58,096 nucleotides of DNA from a virus. The notes below the pieces were generated by a model. The model saw only the letters and a list, made by a program, of their open reading frames with translations, searched no databases and had not been told where the DNA came from. The first letter of the stretch is position 1; the number at the start of each line of letters is the position of its first letter. This document shows, piece after piece, positions 1 to 7,598 of the stretch. Made by a program: the position numbers and the translations under genes. The stretch covers positions 1-58,096 of the IMG/VR virus record IMGVR_UViG_3300027609_000006, one strand, 5' to 3'.

Positions 1-99
1 ATCTCTTCCCCGCCTACTTTCTCGGTGACAAAGTGGTACCCGTCGATTTCGACCACGCGGTTATTTCGGGTGGAGTAGCGGCCGCGTGCCATGGGTGCC
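1..99. repeat. Terminal direct repeat, left copy (identical to 57998..58096)
   Basis: 99/99 nt identical to the window end. This implies a circular or terminally redundant genome of about 57,997 bp. Confidence 0.95.
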
Positions 100-186
100 G
101 GTTTGCCGTTTGAGAAAGTGAGTGCTAGGGCCATAATTTGGAAGTGTACAGGATATTGGTTTGCGTTTACAAGTACTGATTATGTG

Positions 187-240
187 TTGGCCTCGCCGCT
201 AACCGTTCTTCGCGTCGGACCGGGTGCGCTCGACATGGGC
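187..240 (-). repeat. SAR arm, R-form (variant CATGTCGAGCGCAC..GGCGAGGCCAA)
   Basis: Minus strand reads GCCCATGTCGAGCGCAC..GCGGCGAGGCCAACA. Lies in the 3' end of the GT2 ORF. Atypically 95 nt upstream of the next ATG (92 = 58089). Confidence 0.7.
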
Positions 241-897
241 AAGCAGCCTGCCCATTTGATAACGCTGTCTGATCAGGGTTCCGATTCCGTTTCTGTGGAC
301 TTCCTTGACCATCGATAGATCCTCCTTGATTCCGGCCATGAGACCGCGCTTTGTGCTTTTCGTAGGATTGCGGACGCCCGGCCATGGCACAACCCGAATC
401 GAGCAGCGCGCGCCGATGATCGCGCGGTTAATGGCGACCTCCATCCCCATCGATGGACAGAGTTCCAAATGGCATCCGAGCAGCATCCCGATTGGAAGGA
501 CTCGTTCTCCCGACAACACATCGAGCTCCATGCGGAAAACGCCGTAGGAGCGGCGCGAACTGATCGAGACATCCACTTCGCGATCCCGGACGGGGCGAAC
601 CAGCGCTTCTAAATCGGTTGGCGTTAGACCCTCCAGGTCCGCATCGAGCAGACAGACGGTATCGATGGACCACAGCAGTTTCGGCAACGCCCGAGCAACG
701 GCGGCGCTCTTGCCGCATCTCGGCAGCCTCAGCAGCTCTATGCCGGGGAAAGCCTGCACGGATTGCGCCGTTCCATCTTCCGATCCATCGTCCGAAACAA
801 CAATTCGGCTGAACAGGCTGGAGCCGACGGCAGCATCAAGCACTGCGGCGATTCTCGTTTCCTCGTTGTGGGCCGGGATGACGCATCCTATTTTCAT
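199..897 (-). CDS. Glycosyltransferase family 2-like
   Basis: ORF 199..1038 trimmed to MKIGCVIPAHNEE. Motifs: VSDDGSEDGT, LLDADL (DxD). The C-terminal tail is encoded by a SAR arm. Confidence 0.75.
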   Translation of the reverse strand: MKIGCVIPAHNEETRIAAVLDAAVGSSLFSRIVVSDDGSEDGTAQSVQAFPGIELLRLPRCGKSAAVARALPKLLWSIDTVCLLDADLEGLTPTDLEALVRPVRDREVDVSISSRRSYGVFRMELDVLSGERVLPIGMLLGCHLELCPSMGMEVAINRAIIGARCSIRVVPWPGVRNPTKSTKRGLMAGIKEDLSMVKEVHRNGIGTLIRQRYQMGRLLAHVERTRSDAKNG

Positions 898-1045
898 TTT
901 GTTCCGATATGAAAACGTGAAAGCCATGACTTGACGATGGGCACAGCGGAAGCTACAACCGCCTTCCGCGCGTCCCATCCTGCCGCAGCCAAGAATGGAA
1001 GATGGCTGAGTAACTTCGTGCGCAATGACGACAGCCACATATTTC

Positions 1046-1321
1046 TCATTCGACTAAGAGAGGGTTTTGATCCTTCGACAGGGATTCTGCCGCTTCCTCC
1101 ACCAATTGCCGCAAGCCGCCGATTAGCATATTCGTGGTCACGATTCCGCCGTTGCTTTCGAACTGGACTGACAAGTGCTCCCCGTCGTGACTGAATCGCA
1201 CGAATCCCATCGGGTGATCTGCCGTTCCGCGTTCCATGTCCACCGTGGCGCCGAATCCGCGCAATTGATCAGCGATCAGGGGAAGCGCGGCGGCGGGGCA
1301 TGGGAACATCACGGTCTTCAT
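1046..1321 (-). CDS. Hypothetical protein
   Basis: ORF 1046..1381 trimmed to MKTVMF. The ATG lies 8 nt after AGGGAG at the end of F-form arm 1328..1384. Confidence 0.45.
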   Translation of the reverse strand: MKTVMFPCPAAALPLIADQLRGFGATVDMERGTADHPMGFVRFSHDGEHLSVQFESNGGIVTTNMLIGGLRQLVEEAAESLSKDQNPLLVE

Positions 1322-1327
1322 CGATAT

Positions 1328-1384
1328 CTCCCTGTCGAACGGGAAAGGCCCCACCGAAGCATTTAACCACGATGAGGCCAAGCC
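1328..1384 (-). repeat. SAR arm, F-form
   Basis: Minus strand reads TTGGCCTCATCG..CCGTTCGACAGGGAG. Confidence 0.75.
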
Positions 1385-1385
1385 A

Positions 1386-1808
1386 TCAGGCAGCAGGTGC
1401 GCTGAAGTACAGAATATTCACGAACACCGGCAAGTACCCGCCAACCACGGGTCCAACGAAGTCTTGATCATTTACCGGCCCTCCAGACTGCGTTCCCTTC
1501 CCGACAGGCTCCCTGGTGTAGCCGTAGATCGTCACCCGTTCGTACATCGTTTCGTACGGATCTTCGCCCTGATAATCGATCTCTTCATCGTACGGGACGC
1601 CGGCTGCGGTGAGGCTGTTCGCGAGCGCGTCCCGCTGGTCTTGGGTAAGCTCGGTTCCGGTCTCGCCACCCGGGCGGTTATAGAAAAACGGTTGGAGCTG
1701 TGCGGAACGGCTCTGGTAATACGCTGTGTTGAATGCGGTCTGGTAATCGCTATTCGGAGGCCCCGGCGGAGGTGGGGGAGTGGGCATGGTGATTTGAGTA
1801 GGATTCAT
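1386..1808 (-). CDS. Hypothetical Pro-rich protein
   Basis: ORF 1386..1901 trimmed to MNPTQITMPTPPPPPG, downstream of an R-form arm. Confidence 0.6.
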   Translation of the reverse strand: MNPTQITMPTPPPPPGPPNSDYQTAFNTAYYQSRSAQLQPFFYNRPGGETGTELTQDQRDALANSLTAAGVPYDEEIDYQGEDPYETMYERVTIYGYTREPVGKGTQSGGPVNDQDFVGPVVGGYLPVFVNILYFSAPAA

Positions 1809-1823
1809 AGGTTTTCTTCTTTC

Positions 1824-1880
1824 TTTGGCCTCATTCGGCCTGAGTTTGCAAATCGGTTTCGGTGCGTTCGACAGTCGGAG
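1824..1880 (-). repeat. SAR arm, R-form
   Basis: Plus strand TTTGGCCTCATTCGG..GCGTTCGACAGTCGGAGG. GAGGCCAAAG sits 16 nt before ATG 1808. Confidence 0.8.
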
Positions 1881-2232
1881 GTTCGGACCCGCAATCGACA
1901 AAGGCCCAGACTACAGCCTTGAAGAGATGGTCTTTGATCCGCTGTTCTACCGGCAGCGCGTCGTATGGCACCATGCACGGATGTTCCTTTTTGTCGGGAT
2001 CCTTGATAGGCGCGAACTTCCATCCATCCCTGGTTTTGTCCGCCAACCATGCGTCATGCTGAGCAGAGGCCTCGGCTCCCGGATTGTCGATAGCGAACTT
2101 GACACCATTGATCGCGGAATCGCGCTGCCATTGGTCGGCAATCTCCCACGGCTTCTGTGAAAAGTCTCCGATGGATTCACAATATGCGCGATTCGTTTCG
2201 TGACACACCATAGCGATTTGTCGAACATCCAT
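1831..2232 (-). CDS. RyR-domain protein
   Basis: MVCHETNRAYCESIGD..PWEIADQWQRDSAINGV matches the phage RyR-domain pattern. Start lies 8 nt after the GGGAGGG of an F-form arm. Confidence 0.7.
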   Translation of the reverse strand: MDVRQIAMVCHETNRAYCESIGDFSQKPWEIADQWQRDSAINGVKFAIDNPGAEASAQHDAWLADKTRDGWKFAPIKDPDKKEHPCMVPYDALPVEQRIKDHLFKAVVWAFVDCGSEPPTVERTETDLQTQAE

Positions 2233-2240
2233 CACAAAAC

Positions 2241-2298
2241 CCTCCCATGTCGAACCCACAGCCTTAGACGCGAAGCGCTAGGCTCGGGTAGGCCAAAA
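2241..2298 (-). repeat. SAR arm, F-form
   Basis: Minus strand TTTTGGCCTACCC..GTGGGTTCGACATGGGAGGG, then TTTTGTG and ATG 2232. Confidence 0.8.
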
Positions 2299-2307
2299 CA
2301 AAAATCT

Positions 2308-2652
2308 TCAGTTCGTGATCAACCCCGAACCCTGACTCTTCAACTCCTCCAGCATCGCCTGCCGGATCGCGACTTCGCTTTTCAACTCTGCAATCGTAAC
2401 CTCGATCACAGCCCGCTCCGCCTTCTCCTGCTGCTGGTGCGTCGTGTTCCACAGCTTCACAGGTTCCGGTGTCACATCGGGCGAAGAGTGCGTGATGTAC
2501 CGCGCCAGGTAGGTCACCAGCCGCCGGGTCATGTCTGAGTGCTTCGTCAACGCCGCGAGCTTCTCCTGCTGCATACCGATCTTAGCTTCGAGCAGCTTGA
2601 TGGCGTTTTCTACTTGCAAGGGGTTTATGGGGATGGAGCGCGAAGGGTTCAT
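2308..2652 (-). CDS. Hypothetical coiled-coil protein
   Basis: ORF track. ATG is preceded by GAGGCCAAACC. Confidence 0.65.
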   Translation of the reverse strand: MNPSRSIPINPLQVENAIKLLEAKIGMQQEKLAALTKHSDMTRRLVTYLARYITHSSPDVTPEPVKLWNTTHQQQEKAERAVIEVTIAELKSEVAIRQAMLEELKSQGSGLITN

Positions 2653-2840
2653 GGTTTGGCCTCGCCGGGATTTGCGGCTCGGATTGGTACTGAAGGCTCG
2701 ACAGGGGAAACTACCTTTCGGATAAACGGATTGCGCATCGCAGGAAGAACACTATCTTTGCTTCTTTTTAAACATTTCCGCCAATTGCGCAAGAACGCCA
2801 AGTATTCCGGAGAATAGTTCGTGACGTAGATTTTGGTCAA
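2649..2840 (-). CDS. Small cassette ORF (start uncertain)
   Basis: Lies between an F-form arm (2845..2903) and an R-form arm (2653..2708). TTG start follows GGAGGGG. Ends ..NPGEAKP with an ATGA overlap. Confidence 0.35.
   Translation of the reverse strand: MTKIYVTNYSPEYLAFLRNWRKCLKRSKDSVLPAMRNPFIRKVVSPVEPSVPIRAANPGEAKP
2653..2708 (-). repeat. SAR arm, R-form
   Basis: Minus strand CCCCTGTCGAGCC..CGGCGAGGCCAAACC, then ATG 2652. Confidence 0.85.
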
Positions 2841-2844
2841 AATC

Positions 2845-2903
2845 CCCTCCTGGTCGTACGCACGATCGCACCCCGAAGCCACGGTGCCCTAAAAGGCCAA
2901 ACC
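2845..2903 (-). repeat. SAR arm, F-form
   Basis: Minus strand TGGTTTGGCCTTTTAGG..GCGTACGACCAGGAGGGG. Begins at the TGATG stop/start overlap. Confidence 0.7.
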
Positions 2904-2904
2904 A

Positions 2905-3429
2905 TCATCGCCTCCAAAACTCAAACCATCTCGGCTTAGCCCGAAGCATGATCCCCTGAGCCATCTCGAAAATGGTTGAGTTCCGCGCTTCCGCATCTGC
3001 GACATCTTCCTCGAAATGCTCTTTCATGAAGCTTCGGAACTGCGCCTGCTTCCGCTGATTCTCGATATGCGCGCGTCCGATGTCGGCCTGAATTGCGAGG
3101 GCGAGCTTGTTTGAAAACTCCGTCGAATATCCTAGCGCCAGTTCGCGGACCTGAAGGCGCACGATGCGGAATGGCTCAAGCGGTAACGCAGCGAGATCGG
3201 CAGCATGGTCTGCGGACCAATCGTCCAGTTCCTTTTCGAGGAAGTTGACTTTGTCGGCGACTTCGCCGGCGGGGAGTCCCATCACCGCCGCTGCTGCTTT
3301 CGTATCAACGTAGGAGAAGTTGTTTGATGTCATCTCCTCTTTTCCTCTCTGACCAGGTGGGAGTGAGTGCTTTTCCGGTTCGAACGGGATGCCGTCCTGG
3401 TTGGATGCTTTGGTGGTTTCTGTGCTCAT
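2905..3429 (-). CDS. Hypothetical protein
   Basis: ORF track, 174 aa. ATG preceded by GAGGCCAAACC. Confidence 0.7.
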   Translation of the reverse strand: MSTETTKASNQDGIPFEPEKHSLPPGQRGKEEMTSNNFSYVDTKAAAAVMGLPAGEVADKVNFLEKELDDWSADHAADLAALPLEPFRIVRLQVRELALGYSTEFSNKLALAIQADIGRAHIENQRKQAQFRSFMKEHFEEDVADAEARNSTIFEMAQGIMLRAKPRWFEFWRR

Positions 3430-3647
3430 GGTTTGGCCTCGGTCGGTATCGCGGTGCTGTCGAATTGCGTGCCCTCGACATGGGCAAACTGTGGACGCTC
3501 GGCGTAAAGAAATTTCCTAAGCTCCTCGGCGCACTTCGGGCACAAGTCGAGAAACTCTCCCGGTTGCCCTTCGGGCTGCAGTTTTACTGTAGTCCAAGGG
3601 CCGTCCTTGGTGGCCATGAAAGTCTTACACCAGTCGCAAGCCATCAT
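3426..3647 (-). CDS. Small zinc-ribbon protein
   Basis: MMACDWCKTF..CPKCAEEL. Ends ..IPTEAKP inside an R-form arm. Confidence 0.6.
   Translation of the reverse strand: MMACDWCKTFMATKDGPWTTVKLQPEGQPGEFLDLCPKCAEELRKFLYAERPQFAHVEGTQFDSTAIPTEAKP
3430..3486 (-). repeat. SAR arm, R-form
   Basis: Minus strand GCCCATGTCGAGGGCAC..CCGAGGCCAAACC, then ATG 3429. Confidence 0.85.
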
Positions 3648-3979
3648 ATGATCTTCTCTCCCCACCAAGCCCCACCACCCGAAACAATCATCCCGCCCGT
3701 ACCTCTCGCCACCCCTATTCGATAATGCAGCCGCACCTTATCCCCCAGTGAGAGTTCCGCTTTCTTCGGCGTATCCTGCGGGAGTTCCATGAGGACATAT
3801 GCACCATACGCGATGAGAAGGAAACAAGCCGCGAGCACCCCGAAGTACCATCCCCAGTGCCGGTCATAAACGCCGAACTGCAAGTCCCAGAACGCATAGA
3901 AAGAAACAATCAGTCCAACAGCGACCGCGAGCACCGCCTCCGATTGTGGAGAAACGATCAATTTTTCGATAAGAGACAT
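3644..3979 (-). CDS. Membrane protein with shared C-terminal module
   Basis: Two hydrophobic segments. C-terminus GDKVRLHYRIGVARGTGGMIVSGGGAWWGEKII is shared with 4059..4469. Confidence 0.6.
   Translation of the reverse strand: MSLIEKLIVSPQSEAVLAVAVGLIVSFYAFWDLQFGVYDRHWGWYFGVLAACFLLIAYGAYVLMELPQDTPKKAELSLGDKVRLHYRIGVARGTGGMIVSGGGAWWGEKII
3648..3737. repeat. Direct repeat copy 1 (~90 bp, about 88% identical to 4063..4152)
   Basis: ATGATCTTCTCTCCCCACCAAGC..GATAATGCAGCCG. Encodes the shared C-terminal module. Confidence 0.85.
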
Positions 3980-3997
3980 GTCGGGAGGAATCACAAA

Positions 3998-4056
3998 CCC
4001 TCCCTGTCGAGCGCACACCGACCGACGCGAAGATCGATTAGCGGCGAGGCCAAAGA
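3998..4056 (-). repeat. SAR arm, F-form
   Basis: Minus strand TCTTTGGCCTCGCCGCTAATCG..GCGCTCGACAGGGAGGG. Begins at the TGATG overlap with the stop of 4059..4469. Confidence 0.8.
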
Positions 4057-4058
4057 CA

Positions 4059-4469
4059 TCAAATGATCTTCTCTCCCCACCAAGCTCCACCACCCGAAAC
4101 AATCATGCCGCCCGTACCTCGCTCCACTCCAACCCGATAATGCAGCCGGACCCGGTCACCCAGTTGCAGCGCCCAGAGTCCCTGCATGCAATGCGGACAA
4201 GCTCCCCGTGATTTCTGACGTTCCATTTCCCATACCGATGTTTTGCAGCGCGGACACCAGTAGATGTAAGTTTCCCCGATCAGCCGCATGTGCCCGTGGT
4301 CGGCGACCTGACCGATTTCTTTCGAGTCCGTTTTGATCAGGATCGAGTATTCCGTAACTTGCTCGACTCTGCCGAAGACAAAGATGGGTTTACCCCAGGG
4401 GTCCAGTTGCGTGGCTTTCCCTGGCAGGTGGCGGGTGAGTCCGATTTTGGGGTAGATCACTTCGCCCAT
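4059..4469 (-). CDS. Zinc-ribbon protein with shared C-terminal module
   Basis: CPRCKTS..CPHCMQ, plus the C-terminus shared with 3644..3979. Confidence 0.65.
   Translation of the reverse strand: MGEVIYPKIGLTRHLPGKATQLDPWGKPIFVFGRVEQVTEYSILIKTDSKEIGQVADHGHMRLIGETYIYWCPRCKTSVWEMERQKSRGACPHCMQGLWALQLGDRVRLHYRVGVERGTGGMIVSGGGAWWGEKII
4063..4152. repeat. Direct repeat copy 2
   Basis: See 3648..3737. Confidence 0.85.
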
Positions 4470-4798
4470 TTTTTGGCCTCTTTCGGCAGTTCGCTGCGCA
4501 TCGGCGGTTCTCGTTCCACATTCGTAGGTTGGATCGACTGCCGGCGGAACTCTTCGACCATTTGCAAGGCTTGAATCCAGGAGATGCTCTGTCGGATCGA
4601 GCCGGGGATATCGTTCTCGCTCGGCAGAACGATGGCCAGCCGGTTATCGTCGCAATAAACCATGCGAACGATTCCGGCTTTGCGCATCTCGATCAGACCG
4701 GTGATGATCGTCATTCGCGATTCGAAAGCGTCGAACTCCATCTGTCCCGATGGCGGGCGCCGGAGCCTTCCCAACTCGCAAATGAGATCCGCATTCAC
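4457..4798 (-). CDS. Hypothetical protein
   Basis: GTG start 9 nt after AGGAGG. GTGA overlap with the upstream ORF. Confidence 0.6.
   Translation of the reverse strand: MNADLICELGRLRRPPSGQMEFDAFESRMTIITGLIEMRKAGIVRMVYCDDNRLAIVLPSENDIPGSIRQSISWIQALQMVEEFRRQSIQPTNVEREPPMRSELPKEAKKWAK
4470..4528 (-). repeat. SAR arm, R-form, degenerate
   Basis: Plus strand TTTTGGCCTCTTTCGG..GTTCCACATTCGTAGG. AGAGGCCAAAAA then ATG 4469. Confidence 0.55.
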
Positions 4799-4965
4799 CG
4801 GCTTCTTGCCTCCTGGATTACCCTACGTATCTCCGTCTCAAATGCGTCCATGTACCCCATAATCCTCGCCGTGGGAAGCATGACGGGACCAAGGAACTCC
4901 TCGAAACGTTTAATGGAGGCGGCGACAAGTTTTTCTAGTTCGGGAGCGAGTCGGACGGCGGGCAT
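4795..4965 (-). CDS. Small hypothetical protein (56 aa, below the ORF-track cutoff)
   Basis: Hand translation MPAVRLAPELEKLV..QEARSR. Fills the gap, with stop/start overlaps on both sides. Confidence 0.4.
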   Translation of the reverse strand: MPAVRLAPELEKLVAASIKRFEEFLGPVMLPTARIMGYMDAFETEIRRVIQEARSR

Positions 4966-4968
4966 GTT

Positions 4969-5226
4969 TTATCCGAGCACGTTCCCATCTTCGTCTTTGA
5001 TCTCTTCGGCCGGCTTCAGAATCGTTCCGACCTTGACGAGCTGGTAGACCGAGTTCTGCTGAAGGCCTTCAAGATCCGCGCCTTCGAGAACAACGACGTA
5101 GCAGCCGCCCGAGTGGTGGAGCATCATCGATTCGTCTGAGTCGTTGATTTCTTCGGTCCAGGATAAGCTTCCTACTTTTACTTCAAGGGCGGTGTGGTTG
5201 GGATTATAACGGAGTGTGGAGGACAT
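4969..5226 (-). CDS. Hypothetical protein
   Basis: ORF track, 85 aa. Confidence 0.6.
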   Translation of the reverse strand: MSSTLRYNPNHTALEVKVGSLSWTEEINDSDESMMLHHSGGCYVVVLEGADLEGLQQNSVYQLVKVGTILKPAEEIKDEDGNVLG

Positions 5227-5239
5227 AGGGGTTCCTTTT

Positions 5240-5300
5240 TCTTTAGCCTCAGTCGAATTTGGTTTGCACTTCAGGTTCAGAGCGTTCGACCAGGAGTGGT
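5240..5300 (-). repeat. SAR arm, R-form
   Basis: Minus strand CCACTCCTGGTCGAACGCTC..GACTGAGGCTAAAG, 15 nt before ATG 5226. Confidence 0.8.
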
Positions 5301-5317
5301 TTTGGAGCGTTCACAGG

Positions 5318-5536
5318 CTATCCTCGTGAATTTTGCGCATCAATCAGCCGCTTCTCGCATTCCCAATCCTCAACCCCCAGAGTCACCAGCCAAGCCGGAG
5401 CCTGCCCGGAAGCGACATCGGGGCGATTCAGGATTTCGGCTTGTTCCCGCGCGCAACGCTCCACCGCTTCGCCTGGTCGAACGGGCAACCGGGCGGGCGT
5501 CAGATCGGTGCTCGATGAGGCTAATTCCAAATCCAT
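5318..5536 (-). CDS. Small cassette ORF (start uncertain)
   Basis: MDLELASSS..LPVRPGE is F-form arm translation. The body contains WECEKRL. Confidence 0.35.
   Translation of the reverse strand: MDLELASSSTDLTPARLPVRPGEAVERCAREQAEILNRPDVASGQAPAWLVTLGVEDWECEKRLIDAQNSRG
5467..5528 (-). repeat. SAR arm, F-form
   Basis: Minus strand GGAATTAGCCTCATCGAGC..CCCGTTCGACCAGGCGAAG. Confidence 0.7.
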
Positions 5537-5631
5537 ACGAAGTGTCAACCCTAGCAAATCCCTCCGTAATCGTCAATACAGTACTACCGTCTCACGAGTA
5601 CCATAACCCGGCATGGACCCCTAGAAAACCG

Positions 5632-5678
5632 CTAAGGCGAACCTGCAACCAAATCGGTACCTCCGCTCTATTTCCGCA
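5632..5678 (+). promoter_or_regulatory. Bipartite conserved intergenic motif, copy A
   Basis: CTAAGGCGAA-N14-GGTACCTCCGCTCTATTTCCGCA. Same two boxes and same spacing as 9228..9274. Upstream of a small membrane-protein gene. Confidence 0.5.
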
Positions 5679-5724
5679 CACTCCAGTCGGGCGTACGATG
5701 GTTCTATTGAAAGGAGCAAATTCG

Positions 5725-5862
5725 ATGCTTAAACTCTTCCTGATGGCTTGGCCGTTCTGCTTTTTGTTCATCGATTTCGTCTATTGGCAGGAAATGAAGG
5801 TGGTCCGGTTCGAGCAACTCCGCGCCCGCATCCTGACGGCACTAGGGGATCGCGATGTTTGA
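5725..5862 (+). CDS. Small membrane protein
   Basis: AAGGAG 8 nt before the ATG. Sequence MLKLFLMAWPFCFLFIDFVYW. Confidence 0.45.
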   Translation: MLKLFLMAWPFCFLFIDFVYWQEMKVVRFEQLRARILTALGDRDV

Positions 5863-6097
5863 TCTTTTTTTGCAGTTCTTTCCCGCTTGCGCGCTGCTGG
5901 TGACGTGGTTCTTTATCATGGCGGATAATCAGTTGCAGGAGGATCGAAAGATTCGCCGGCTGCTGCATGGACGGCTCATTGAGATCGATGGCAAATTTCG
6001 AATTTTACAAGAAGACGGCAACCATCTTTGCGATGTGGATATCGCCACGTACTTTGATGAGCTTCCTTGTGTGAGATGGGATGGGAGGAGAGAGTAG
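5855..6097 (+). CDS. Small membrane protein
   Basis: ORF track. Overlaps the upstream stop. Confidence 0.55.
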   Translation: MFDLFLQFFPACALLVTWFFIMADNQLQEDRKIRRLLHGRLIEIDGKFRILQEDGNHLCDVDIATYFDELPCVRWDGRRE

Positions 6098-6099
6098 GT

Positions 6100-6543
6100 A
6101 TGCGCAATATTTTGGCCTCATTCGGAATGTGGCTGACGCGTCGGTTCGGAATCGTTCGACCAGGAGAGGCACCGATTCCCCGCGTCCTAGTTCCAGCAGG
6201 ATCTACGATCATGGTCGATATTGGCGGGTCACCATACGAATACAGGGATTCCGACTTCTTTCGTGATGAACTGGCTATGGCGTACTGGCGCACAGGTCCG
6301 GAATGTTCGATGCGCATGGAGCACAGCATGTTCATTCCCCTGACGCCCTGGAATCCAGATCGGTTGTTTGCCTGCAAAAACTGTCACAAGGGTTTTAGTG
6401 CGATAGGTCCAGATGCCAAACCGATCGGGCTTCCCAAAGGGCAATTCCCGGCCTTTCGCATGGAGGAGTTTCGAGAGCCACCCTTAGCGCGAACGGAGGG
6501 GCAGACGGCCAAACCGAACGCCGAGGGGAGCGCCAAACCATGA
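6100..6543 (+). CDS. Cassette ORF, zinc-finger protein (paralog of 7804..8076)
   Basis: N-terminus MRNILAS..IVRPGE is F-form arm translation. Contains CKNCHKGF. C-terminus PLARTEGQTAKP..EGSAKP is a d-type R arm. Confidence 0.5.
   Translation: MRNILASFGMWLTRRFGIVRPGEAPIPRVLVPAGSTIMVDIGGSPYEYRDSDFFRDELAMAYWRTGPECSMRMEHSMFIPLTPWNPDRLFACKNCHKGFSAIGPDAKPIGLPKGQFPAFRMEEFREPPLARTEGQTAKPNAEGSAKP
6108..6169 (+). repeat. SAR arm, F-form
   Basis: TATTTTGGCCTCATTCGG..ATCGTTCGACCAGGAGAGG. Confidence 0.85.
6481..6539 (+). repeat. SAR arm, R-form, d-type
   Basis: CCCTTAGCGCGAACGGAGG..GAGGGGAGCGCCAAACC, then ATG 6540 (ATGA). Confidence 0.8.
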
Positions 6544-7022
6544 GTCCCTACGAGCTCGAAGTAGCAGCCTACGTAGCAGCTCACAAAATCTATGCTGGGC
6601 TTCCAACGCCAGATCGTCCATGTCCCGGAGGATACCGGTCACGAATGATTGATGAGATTGCGGAAGCGATCAAACAAGCATTTTCGGTGCATTTTTCTTT
6701 GGCCTCATCGGAATCGAGTCCTTCACCTGAAGTTGAGAGCGTTCGACATTCGGAGCTTTCTATTCCGGCGGTCTATGTCGCAAATGACCGCGAGTTCTGG
6801 GATGGCATGCATGCTCTTGAACAAACCCGACACTGGCGCACCCTGCGACACGCGTTAGACATGGGCGGCGGACACGGAATCACGGATCGACCCTGCCTCA
6901 AATGCGGAATGCCGGATCGTTTCACGATGCATTTTTCGCCCACCGGTGAACCGCTCCAACCTGCCCATGTCGAACCCACAATCTCCGACGAAGCCGCGAT
7001 CCCCGGTGAGGCCAAACCATGA
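6540..7022 (+). CDS. Hypothetical protein with an in-frame internal SAR arm
   Basis: ORF track, 160 aa. F-form arm 6696..6756 is read in frame with no stop. Contains CLKCGMPDRF. Ends ..IPGEAKP. Confidence 0.55.
   Translation: MSPYELEVAAYVAAHKIYAGLPTPDRPCPGGYRSRMIDEIAEAIKQAFSVHFSLASSESSPSPEVESVRHSELSIPAVYVANDREFWDGMHALEQTRHWRTLRHALDMGGGHGITDRPCLKCGMPDRFTMHFSPTGEPLQPAHVEPTISDEAAIPGEAKP
6696..6756 (+). repeat. SAR arm, F-form (inside an ORF)
   Basis: CTTTGGCCTCATCGG..GAGCGTTCGACATTCGGAGC. Confidence 0.85.
6964..7018 (+). repeat. SAR arm, R-form
   Basis: CCCATGTCGAACCCAC..CCGGTGAGGCCAAACC, then ATG 7019 (ATGA). Confidence 0.9.
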
Positions 7023-7294
7023 AAACCTTCTCCGAAGCCTGCGAATCCACCTTCATGCGAACAGTTCCGGTAGGTTCGGCAGACCACAAAAGCACTATGG
7101 AAGCCATCGATACACGCATAGGCCCGTTCATTTCAATGGTGGATGAAATCCAGAATGCGCCAGAAACCCACGCCTTTGCGGCCGTGCTGCTCGAAATGGC
7201 AAGCGGAGAAGATTTGAACATGGCCGAGGTTATCAAAATCGCCTTCTCCCACGGCGTGATGGTGGGAGTGGAAATGGAGAAGCCCGATGCTTAG
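7019..7294 (+). CDS. Hypothetical protein
   Basis: ORF track. Confidence 0.6.
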   Translation: MKTFSEACESTFMRTVPVGSADHKSTMEAIDTRIGPFISMVDEIQNAPETHAFAAVLLEMASGEDLNMAEVIKIAFSHGVMVGVEMEKPDA

Positions 7295-7598
7295 CGTCAT
7301 GTGCTGCGGCTGCTTGCGGCTACTGGGAAAAGACAACCAGATGCTCGGCGAGCGCGACAATATGGGCGGTGCCATTGATCTCGCTGAATTGGCTAACAGA
7401 TTCCGATTCATGCGCGAAATGGCGCTATCCTTCCCGACCAAACAGGAATGCGATAAAGCCGCACTCGGCGCTGGCTGGACAGTCGCGGATCCGGATGGAA
7501 CGCCGAACCACAGATGCCCCAACTGCCGACTGCCGGATTCGTGGACCCCGGGCGGATTCGAAAGGCGGGGAGCGTACATCGATTGGGGAGAGAATTGA
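7287..7598 (+). CDS. Hypothetical Cys-containing protein
   Basis: ORF track. Contains CPNCRLPDSW. Confidence 0.6.
   Translation: MLSVMCCGCLRLLGKDNQMLGERDNMGGAIDLAELANRFRFMREMALSFPTKQECDKAALGAGWTVADPDGTPNHRCPNCRLPDSWTPGGFERRGAYIDWGEN

Noticed and set aside
1-99. Treating the 99-bp terminal repeat as a biological DTR or att site.
   Set aside because: An exact overlap that interrupts an ORF is more simply explained as a circular-assembly overlap. This cannot be decided without reads.
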